Source of the DNA: an uncultured Oscillospiraceae bacterium
GTDB lineage: Bacteria; Bacillota; Clostridia; Oscillospirales; Ruminococcaceae
Direction of reading: 5' to 3'
Assembly (NCBI GenBank): GCA_949297385.1
Contig: CASFSP010000038.1
Location: 1,308 to 65,307 of the forward strand
DNA: 64,000 nucleotides
Positions 57,149-64,000 of the stretch are shown here, piece by piece; position 1 is the first letter of the stretch, and every line of letters begins with the position of its first letter. The notes beneath the pieces were generated by a model. It was not told the origin of the DNA and searched no databases. It saw only the letters and a program-made list of their open reading frames with translations. The translations under genes were made by a program, and so were the position numbers.

Positions 57149-58948
57149 ATGAAATATGATATTGTTGTTTATTCTTCCGGCAGCCGGGGTGCATGGACGG
57201 CTGTGCAGGGGCTGGAAAGCCTGGGAGAACGGCTGAAAGATATGCACCTGATATTTTGCGGTGCTGACGGCGCGGACACCCGCAGACTGAACCGGACAGC
57301 CGGAAAAATTTCTTTCTGTCTGTCATCGGAAAATCCTGCCCAAAGCCTTAACCGGGCGGCGGCTCTGGCGCAGACAGAATATATACTGTTTTTAAACGGA
57401 GACCGGCGCCCTTGCAAGGAAACTTTCGCACAGCTGGAACATACAGTCAGAAAATACCCGCAGGCAGTGGGTTTTGGCCTGGCGGTATGTCCGGTGGAAA
57501 GCGGTGTACATTATGACCCGGTGGAGCTGACCGTAAGCCATATTGACTTTGACTGCGCGCTGGTAAAAAAACAGCGGTTTTTGCAATGCGGCGGTTTTGA
57601 CTGCGCCTTTGATGTACTGCGCGATGTGGACATATCCTGGCGCCTGCGACGCTTCGGTGTGCTGAAATACTGCCCCGGTGCGGCAGTCGCATACGAAAAG
57701 GCCGAAGATGAAAAATGCCGGTATATCCGCGGCGGATATGAAAAGCTTCTGCTGGCGCGCAAATTCGGCACAAAGGGCACTGCCGCAAAGCGGATAAAAG
57801 AATATATACGGATGATAAAAACACCCAGACATTTCCCGTCGGTGAGAAAAGAGCTGGCCGCCCTGCTGGCCGAATATTTTCTCAAAGCGCCGGCAATGGC
57901 CGCATTTAACCGTAAAAACGGCAGTCTGTATAAGGGAATCGCCGATTTTCAGCCGGGTTTTGCCCCCCGGCGCGGGCAGATTTACTGCGGCCGGCTGACG
58001 GAAAACCCGCTGGTATCGGTGGTGGTGCGCACCCACAAACGCAAAGAGGTGTTAAGGCATACTTTAAGCTGTCTTTACAACCAGACTTATAAAAATTTTG
58101 AGGTCGTGGTGGTGGAAGACGGACAGGACACCGCCGGCGAAATGATAAAAAGTGATTTTTCAGACCTGAATATCCGCTATTTTTCCACCGGTGAAAATGT
58201 GGGCAGAGGAAGGGCCGGAAACATCGGCATCGAAATGGCAAAAGGGGAGTTTGTGTGCTTTCTGGATGATGATGACTATCTGTATGCCGATTATATAGCC
58301 GCTCACCTGTATTGCTTTGAGAAAAACCCCGAATCGGATCTGGTGATATCCTCAATTATGGCCGCCAAAACTGATACGATAAGCACCGACCCATACATTT
58401 TCAGTGTAAAGGAATATTACCCGGTAATTTTTGACCATATAACACTGATGGATATGTGTGTAAAATGCCGCATTCCCATGACCGGCGCAATGTTCCGCAG
58501 ACATCTTTATGATGAGTGCGGCGGTATGCGCGAAGATATCGGCGGGGATGAGGACTGGGCCATGTGGCTGAAATTTATGGCGAAAGGCAAAAGAACCGAT
58601 GTGTACCACTGCGATATTCCCCGTGCCATGAGCATTTTTCAATATCCGGCCGATGAGGCTGCCGCCAAAAAAAGGCTGGAAGGTTACCGGATTTTTGACA
58701 GGCAGATGCTGTATGATGAAAATCTGGTTTTTACCGTGGACGAAAAAGAGATACAGCAGTGGGAAGAATATGTAAAGGCTGACATGCGGCACCTGAAAAA
58801 CACCGGGCGGCTGGAAAGCTTTATGCAAGACCTCAGCCCCCTGGGCTGCCGGAAGCTGGAGTATGTCCCCGGCAAAAACACCGTAACCGCCGGACAGATA
58901 AACAGCTATTATTACTACCTAGTAAAGCTGTACGCCGAAGGCCTTTAA
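57149..58948 (+). CDS. Two-domain glycosyltransferase (GT2-like N-terminal domain plus canonical GT2 C-terminal domain)
   Basis: ATG 57149. Second domain: VSVVVRTHKRKEVLRHTLSCLYNQTYKNFEVVVVEDG and FLDDDDY. Confidence 0.75.
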   Translation: MKYDIVVYSSGSRGAWTAVQGLESLGERLKDMHLIFCGADGADTRRLNRTAGKISFCLSSENPAQSLNRAAALAQTEYILFLNGDRRPCKETFAQLEHTVRKYPQAVGFGLAVCPVESGVHYDPVELTVSHIDFDCALVKKQRFLQCGGFDCAFDVLRDVDISWRLRRFGVLKYCPGAAVAYEKAEDEKCRYIRGGYEKLLLARKFGTKGTAAKRIKEYIRMIKTPRHFPSVRKELAALLAEYFLKAPAMAAFNRKNGSLYKGIADFQPGFAPRRGQIYCGRLTENPLVSVVVRTHKRKEVLRHTLSCLYNQTYKNFEVVVVEDGQDTAGEMIKSDFSDLNIRYFSTGENVGRGRAGNIGIEMAKGEFVCFLDDDDYLYADYIAAHLYCFEKNPESDLVISSIMAAKTDTISTDPYIFSVKEYYPVIFDHITLMDMCVKCRIPMTGAMFRRHLYDECGGMREDIGGDEDWAMWLKFMAKGKRTDVYHCDIPRAMSIFQYPADEAAAKKRLEGYRIFDRQMLYDENLVFTVDEKEIQQWEEYVKADMRHLKNTGRLESFMQDLSPLGCRKLEYVPGKNTVTAGQINSYYYYLVKLYAEGL

Positions 58949-59067
58949 AAAACAAAATTTGTGTGAAATTACATCCTTTAACAGTTTGTTTACAAAAAAT
59001 TATATTTTATAATTTATAATATAATTAAGAATTAAGCAATAAAACCGTTTACCGAAAGGGAAAGGTG

Positions 59068-59181
59068 ATGGCGATGGGATGTAATATGATGCCCTTGCTG
59101 TACTGCAAGGCGTGTTTTGTCCGCATATATCTGCGCGCGGCGGTTTATCCGCGTATCAGGGGATATATTTTTCCAATCTGA
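59068..59181 (+). CDS. Candidate 37-aa small protein (MAMGCNMMPLLYCKACFVRIYLRAAVYPRIRGYIFPI)
   Basis: Own putative promoter (TTGTTT..TATAAT near 59015-59045). Purine-rich AAGGGAAAGG before the ATG. Strong terminator 10 nt after the stop. Not in the ORF track because it is under 60 aa. Confidence 0.3.
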   Translation: MAMGCNMMPLLYCKACFVRIYLRAAVYPRIRGYIFPI

Positions 59182-59190
59182 AAGACAATT

Positions 59191-59226
59191 AAAAGCCTGC
59201 CGGAAATGTATCCGGCAGGTTTTTTG
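59191..59226 (+). terminator. Rho-independent terminator
   Basis: Stem CCTGCCGGA/TCCGGCAGG followed by TTTTTT. Confidence 0.85.
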
Positions 59227-59267
59227 CGCTGTAAGGACTGTTTTTTACACAAAAAGCCTGTTTACCC

Positions 59268-59296
59268 TTGACAAAAGCGCTTGCCGGTGGTAAGAT
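59268..59296 (+). promoter_or_regulatory. Promoter of tRNA-Arg
   Basis: -35 TTGACA at 59268-59273, 17-bp spacer, -10 TAAGAT at 59291-59296. The tRNA starts at 59309. Confidence 0.6.
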
Positions 59297-59308
59297 AATA
59301 TAGCATTA

Positions 59309-59385
59309 GCGCTGGTAGCTCAGCTGGATAGAGTACTTGACTACGAATCAAGGGGTCGGGGGTTCGAGTCCCTTCCAGCGCACCA
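59309..59385 (+). tRNA. tRNA-Arg (anticodon ACG), CCA encoded
   Basis: GCGCTGGTAGCTCAGCTGGATAGAGTACTTGACTACGAATCAAGGGGTCGGGGGTTCGAGTCCCTTCCAGCGCACCA. The cloverleaf pairs. Confidence 0.92.
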
Positions 59386-59416
59386 AAAGACAGGATAAAT
59401 TCCTGTCTTTTTTTAT
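59386..59416 (+). terminator. Rho-independent terminator after tRNA-Arg
   Basis: Stem AGACAGGA/TCCTGTCT followed by TTTTTTT. Confidence 0.85.
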
Positions 59417-59486
59417 TGTGTTAATCGTCAATATGATATAATATAAGATATAACAGCAAAAATCAGAAAAATTTTTTGGAGCCGAC

Positions 59487-61175
59487 ATGGAAAAATTGAA
59501 AAAATATAAAAGCCGGATATATTTCTTTTACGGCGTGCGGATATTTATACTTATCTACGGTTCAGGGCCGCTGGATGTGACAAATGACGGCTGGATTTTA
59601 AACGGGTATATTGAAACCGATATAATACAGCATTATGCCGGCTGGCTGGCTTACAGAGGAGCCGACAGCTTTTTCCCTCCGACCTTCTCAGACCTGATCT
59701 CTTTCCCGAAAGGTGATTACACCAGCCTGGCCGACAGTATACCTTTGATGGAAATTATATTCAAAAACCTGTCTCCCGTACTCCCGGAAACATTTCAGTT
59801 TTTCGGCCTGTTCTGCTGTTTCAGCCTGGGTATGCAGGCTGTGTGCGCTTCAAAGCTGTGTTCTCTTTTTAATGGAAATGAACTCAGCGTATTTTTGTCC
59901 GTAACATTTTTCTGTCTATCCCCCGTGATGCTGGAAAGAATGTTCCGACACACCTCCCTGTCTGCGCACTGGCTTATACTTCTGGCTTTATATTTTTATT
60001 TCAAGGATAAAAAGGATATAAAGAACGGCTGGAAAATCCTGCTTGTCTGCCTGGTTTCCACCTGGATACATATATATTTTACCCCGATGATAATAGGCAT
60101 ACTGCTGGCATGGGCCCTGGATGGAATTTTTTCCGGCAAACAGCCTGCGGCGCAGCGTATAGGTATATGGGCGGCCGCCGTGTGTCTGTGTCTTATGTCC
60201 ATGAAAGTATTGGGAATATTGTCGCTGGGGCTGGAAAATACCAGCGGATACGGCTATATGGGTATGAATCTGAACGCTTTGTTCAACCCCTTAAGCCTGG
60301 ATACGAACTGGTGGGTTCCGGGCGGCGGCAAACTGCACTGGTCGGCGTTTCTGCCCATACGCGCGCTGGCGCTGAACAACATTGAAAGCTTTAATTACCT
60401 GGGTTTGGGCATACTTGCAGCGGCAGCGATATCAATTGCAGTTTTACTGTTCAGTTTGGCCGGAAATCGCAGACAGTTCCGGACAGACGCCGCAAATATG
60501 GTTTACAGCCATCTGTTTTTTATATTGTTCCTGCTTTTTTCCACGCTTTTTGCAATCAGCAATACGGTCTGCGCATTCAGCTATCAGCTGTTTACTGTGC
60601 CTCTGCCGGACTTTCTGTCCAGCCTGTTCAACCCTTTCAGGGCAAGCGGGAGAATGTTCTGGCCGGTGAATTACACTATTTTGCTGTTTGTCCTGATGTT
60701 CATATCCTCAAAAATAAATCACCGAACAGCAGAAAATATTGTTCTTGCGCTTCTTCTGGCTGTTCAGATTATCGATCTGTCGCCGGCCCTTGTGCGCAAA
60801 CACAATGATTTCAACCCCATGCCAGACTATCCGGACGCAGAATATGTAGATACCGTAAAAAAACTGACCGACAGAAAGAAAACGGCATTTTTCCTGGAAG
60901 TGAAAGACGACCGTATCCTCTGCACACTGCTTTTGAAAGAAGGAGTATCCAACAACCTGCTGCTGATCAGCCGTGACGGATACGGGGTTGAAGAAAACAG
61001 CCGCCGCATTGAAAATGCAATCCGGCTTTTGAAAAGCGGAGAAAATGTATATGAGGACTGCGTATATGTAACAAGCGATCCGGAGCTGGCCGAAAGTATA
61101 TGTGAAAACGGAAAATTTGTTTCCCGGCAGGCCGGACGGTACACATTTTTGTATAATACCGGAAAGGATAATTGA
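59487..61175 (+). CDS. 562-aa polytopic membrane protein, DUF6311-like / GT-C-like (function unknown)
   Basis: N-terminal loop ..DGWILNGYIETDIIQHYAGWLAYR.. followed by about 11 helices and a C-terminal soluble domain. The family name is from memory. Confidence 0.4.
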   Translation: MEKLKKYKSRIYFFYGVRIFILIYGSGPLDVTNDGWILNGYIETDIIQHYAGWLAYRGADSFFPPTFSDLISFPKGDYTSLADSIPLMEIIFKNLSPVLPETFQFFGLFCCFSLGMQAVCASKLCSLFNGNELSVFLSVTFFCLSPVMLERMFRHTSLSAHWLILLALYFYFKDKKDIKNGWKILLVCLVSTWIHIYFTPMIIGILLAWALDGIFSGKQPAAQRIGIWAAAVCLCLMSMKVLGILSLGLENTSGYGYMGMNLNALFNPLSLDTNWWVPGGGKLHWSAFLPIRALALNNIESFNYLGLGILAAAAISIAVLLFSLAGNRRQFRTDAANMVYSHLFFILFLLFSTLFAISNTVCAFSYQLFTVPLPDFLSSLFNPFRASGRMFWPVNYTILLFVLMFISSKINHRTAENIVLALLLAVQIIDLSPALVRKHNDFNPMPDYPDAEYVDTVKKLTDRKKTAFFLEVKDDRILCTLLLKEGVSNNLLLISRDGYGVEENSRRIENAIRLLKSGENVYEDCVYVTSDPELAESICENGKFVSRQAGRYTFLYNTGKDN

Positions 61176-63157
61176 TGAAAAAAGAAAAAATCTGCAATCG
61201 GGCTGTATGGCGGATATACATCACAGCTATCCTGGCGTTCAGCCGGATACTGGCCCTGGAAAGAACCGCATGCTGTGATTATGTATCAATAAACGGCGAT
61301 TTTCAAAGTTACAATGTTTTCAGGCGAATTCTTGACGGACAGAAACCGTACGCAGACTTTGCAAACTATATAGGCATGGCGCCTATTTTTACAAATATTC
61401 TTTTTGTTGCGCTGGACAACACCTTCTGCAACAGCCTGTTTGTAACCACATTTACATCCAATGTAATATTTTGTATACAGGTGTTTTTAATACTCTATCT
61501 CATAACCGGAAAAAAGGAGGTGGCTTTTTTCGCCTCTGCTGCCCTGTCAAAGATAATATCATCAAAAATATTATATTTTTTGCTCGGGCCCAAATACGGA
61601 TATATATTGACCGAAAGGTTTACCGGTTTGTTTACCCCCTCAAATTCCATGAGGGGCACACGCTCTTTCCTGCCGTACATCATTGTGCTGGCCGGAATTG
61701 TTTTCAAGATTTTGTACAAAAAGTTTAAAGGTGAAAATCCGGATTTTATCCTGCTGTTTTCAGACGGGAAATTTATATCTGCGCTGGCCTTTATCTGCGG
61801 GCTGTTTTGGGTCTGGAGCAACGATTACGGTACGGCCGTCGCCTGCGCTGTACTGGCCATGATTTTTATTTTGAATGTATTCGCAGATAAAACATCTTTG
61901 TACGGCTTATTCAAAAACATCGCTCTTTTCCTGATATTCTTTGCCGCCGGAGCGATTACAATCATTACGGTGGTAACCGGGGCAGATCCCGCCGCATATT
62001 TTTCCGCAACCATGCAGACGGCCCAGTATCAGTTCTTTTATTTTAACGGGACAGCCGGAAAATCTGTCATCGGATATATTTTTTCAACAAAGATATTATT
62101 GCTTTATACCGCCGCATATTCAGTATTTTTTGTTGCAAAACTGATTTTCCTGATAAAAGGCCGCTGCTCGGACACAGACCTGTTCATTGTATTTATTGCG
62201 CTTTCGGTTTTTATCGCCACATACATATATATTCTCGGAGGCAGCGGATACAATTGCCGCGAACCCTTTGAGGTGCTGGCCATACTGGGCTGTATGGCAT
62301 ATATATTAAAGTTGTTTTTCTTTCTTATAAACAGATATTACAGATATGTGCGGCAAATTTCCGCTGCACTGCTTGTTGGCATTTGCTGTTTTTATATATT
62401 TCAGCTGGCAACTTTTAAGCAGACACATGTGGGAACATATATTCCCGGCCTGGGCGGATATTCAACGCTGACAGGCGAGCTGATAGATACAAATGACTAT
62501 ATAGCAGACAACCGGGTTTTCTCCACATACGCCACCGGCCTGGAAACCGTCAGCGGTCAGTTCCAGCCCACGGGATACGATTATATAATCCACGCCTTGG
62601 GCAAAGAAACCCAGGAGGGGTACGCCCGCCGGTTTTCAGAGGGCGATTTTCCCTACGCCCATACATCAGCCCTGCCTGTCGAAAACTGGGTTGCAAACCA
62701 GAACTGGTATTTTTACAGACTGCTCCTTGCAGAATACAGTCAAGTAAATAAAACCGAATACGGCTGGCTCTGGAAAAAAGGAGGGGCCGAACATATTGAT
62801 GCCGATGTAACAGTAAGCATAGTCCAAACGGACAGCGGAACTGTCAAAATAGTGTGCCGCAGTGAAAACAAAGATGAGTTTATCGCAGATGTACAGATAC
62901 AATTTTCCTCCGCATTCAACAATCTGACGGACAGGCTGCTGTCTTTGAACAGGAAAGCAGTGCTTGTTTCCACCACATGCACAAGCAGTCCGGATCTTGT
63001 TTCAATCGCTTTCCCGGGCAATTCAACCGAATATATACCGATAAAAATGTCCGACGGATACGGCGAAGCTGTCGTGCGCGGCGGATACGGCGGCGGCATA
63101 GATGTCCATGTGCATGACGCAAAGTATATTGGCGCTTTGCCGGTTTTAAACTATTGA
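61175..63157 (+). CDS. 660-aa polytopic membrane protein with C-terminal soluble domain (function unknown)
   Basis: ATG 61175 overlaps the upstream stop (TGATG), RBS GGAAAGGA. About 13 helices and a roughly 200-aa tail. Confidence 0.5.
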   Translation: MKKEKICNRAVWRIYITAILAFSRILALERTACCDYVSINGDFQSYNVFRRILDGQKPYADFANYIGMAPIFTNILFVALDNTFCNSLFVTTFTSNVIFCIQVFLILYLITGKKEVAFFASAALSKIISSKILYFLLGPKYGYILTERFTGLFTPSNSMRGTRSFLPYIIVLAGIVFKILYKKFKGENPDFILLFSDGKFISALAFICGLFWVWSNDYGTAVACAVLAMIFILNVFADKTSLYGLFKNIALFLIFFAAGAITIITVVTGADPAAYFSATMQTAQYQFFYFNGTAGKSVIGYIFSTKILLLYTAAYSVFFVAKLIFLIKGRCSDTDLFIVFIALSVFIATYIYILGGSGYNCREPFEVLAILGCMAYILKLFFFLINRYYRYVRQISAALLVGICCFYIFQLATFKQTHVGTYIPGLGGYSTLTGELIDTNDYIADNRVFSTYATGLETVSGQFQPTGYDYIIHALGKETQEGYARRFSEGDFPYAHTSALPVENWVANQNWYFYRLLLAEYSQVNKTEYGWLWKKGGAEHIDADVTVSIVQTDSGTVKIVCRSENKDEFIADVQIQFSSAFNNLTDRLLSLNRKAVLVSTTCTSSPDLVSIAFPGNSTEYIPIKMSDGYGEAVVRGGYGGGIDVHVHDAKYIGALPVLNY

Positions 63158-63281
63158 CCGATATTTTGTATAAATATATCTGTCAGAACATATTGCATAT
63201 TCCCCTGTAAAATACCCGGATTATGCAGATGGCGCAGTAATTTTAAAATATTGCAGACAAATATATAAAATCCAATTCCAG

Positions 63282-63308
63282 ACAGCGGCTATGGGCCGCT
63301 GTTTTTTG
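63282..63308 (+). terminator. Rho-independent terminator
   Basis: Stem ACAGCGGC/GCCGCTGT followed by TTTTTT. Confidence 0.8.
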
Positions 63309-63368
63309 TTGACATTTTGGTCTACACAGTGTAGAATAAAATCAGAAGATATTCTACACATTGTAGAC
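63309..63368 (+). promoter_or_regulatory. blaI/blaR1-type promoter with two TACA-N3-TGTA operators
   Basis: -35 TTGACA at 63309-63314, -10 TAGAAT at 63332-63337. Dyads TCTACACAGTGTAGA (63321-63335) and TCTACACATTGTAGA (63354-63368). Confidence 0.75.
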
Positions 63369-63381
63369 CGGAGGTGTTGTT

Positions 63382-63741
63382 ATGAAAGAAATCAGACTGG
63401 GAGAAGGCGAGATGCGCTTTGCCCAAATAATATGGGAAAAGGCGCCGATGCCGTCCCGGCGGCTGGCGGCGCTGGCGCTGGAAGAGCTGGGCTGGAAAAA
63501 GTCCACAGCCTATACGGTGCTGAAAAGGCTGACGGAAAAGGGAATTGTAAAAAATGAAGGCGGTGTGGTAAGCCGGCTTATGACAAAGGAAGAATTTCAC
63601 AGCCTGCAAAGCGAAAATTTTGTACGGGAGAATTTCGGCGGATCTTTGCCGGCATTCCTGGCGGCCTTTGGAAAAGGCAAAAAGATGAGTGACGAGGAGA
63701 TAGACAGCCTGAAACAGATTATTGAGAATATGAGGAGGTAG
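63382..63741 (+). CDS. BlaI/MecI/CopY family transcriptional repressor
   Basis: Winged helix ..GWKKSTAYTVLKRLTEKGIV.., 119 aa. RBS GGAGGTG. Confidence 0.9.
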   Translation: MKEIRLGEGEMRFAQIIWEKAPMPSRRLAALALEELGWKKSTAYTVLKRLTEKGIVKNEGGVVSRLMTKEEFHSLQSENFVRENFGGSLPAFLAAFGKGKKMSDEEIDSLKQIIENMRR

Positions 63742-63746
63742 CGGCC

Positions 63747-64000
63747 ATGGCAGAAAAAATTTTTCTCACCGTTTTTGAAATGAGCCTGAAAGGGTCGGCA
63801 GTTATAATGGCGGTACTTCTGCTAAGGCTGGCACTGAAAAAGGCCCCGAAAATTTTTTCTTATGTGCTGTGGTCGGTGGTGGTTTTTCGACTGTTGTGTC
63901 CGGTGTCTTTCGGGGCACCTTTTGGGGTTGATTTTACCTGGAAACAGACGCCGGCCTATACCGCAACACAGCCTGTGGAGATTGTGCGCCCCGTGACAGA
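63747..64000 (+). CDS. BlaR1/MecR1-type M56 signal-transducer peptidase, N-terminal part (truncated by window end)
   Basis: MAEKIFLTVFEMSLKGSAVIMAVLLLRLALKKAPKIFSYVLWSVVVFRLLCP is a typical BlaR1 N-terminus. RBS GAGGAGG. Confidence 0.8.
   Translation, partial: MAEKIFLTVFEMSLKGSAVIMAVLLLRLALKKAPKIFSYVLWSVVVFRLLCPVSFGAPFGVDFTWKQTPAYTATQPVEIVRPVT

Noticed and set aside
57078-59486. An invertible (phase-variable) promoter controlling the glycosyltransferase loci.
   Set aside because: No flanking inverted repeats bracket a promoter, and no site-specific recombinase is nearby. The promoters found are fixed-orientation consensus elements.

Overview
Summary: this is a 64-kb chromosomal segment from a Firmicute with roughly 50% G+C. 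The protein content suggests an anaerobic Clostridia, possibly Oscillospiraceae/Ruminococcaceae-like, but that placement is inference only.

Gene content:
- About 55 protein genes, mostly housekeeping.
- glmS, preceded by a clear glmS ribozyme.
- The CIRCE-controlled hrcA-grpE-dnaK-dnaJ operon, with hemW inverted next to it.
- purA, purB, glpK, prmA, rsmE, mtnN, ung, nrdG, an mrp-like gene, and nudF/apbE.
- Three tRNAs: Tyr and Thr on the minus strand, Arg on the plus strand.
- Many small regulators: TetR, AraC, four XRE-type, one CI/LexA-like S24 repressor, BlaI/BlaR1, and one OmpR/histidine-kinase pair with a PepSY protein.

Not found: rRNA, CRISPR array, transposase, integrase, prophage block, or any recognisable defence system.

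The least ordinary content, none of which can be proven from sequence alone:
1. A striking density of very large polytopic, GT-C-like membrane proteins at 8.2, 28.8, 44.5, 59.5 and 61.2 kb. One is a 1000-aa fusion of two GT-C modules. Their neighbours include an MBOAT, GT2 enzymes, a CPBP protease and a C39-like peptidase.
2. A lipoprotein-anchored FAD/FMN_bind flavin reductase with a divergent AraC regulator. Its likely flavinylating enzyme ApbE lies elsewhere in the window.
3. An isolated lambda-like genetic switch: an XRE-HTH + S24 repressor divergent from a sigma-region-4-like protein, with consensus promoters and palindromic operators.
4. Two XRE-plus-membrane-protein mini-modules with duplicated 5-N8-5 dyads. 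A third copy of one dyad sits on the promoter of a GT-C/CPBP operon.

The many long antisense ORFs in the supplied track share codon boundaries with the real genes. I judge them to be codon-bias artefacts.
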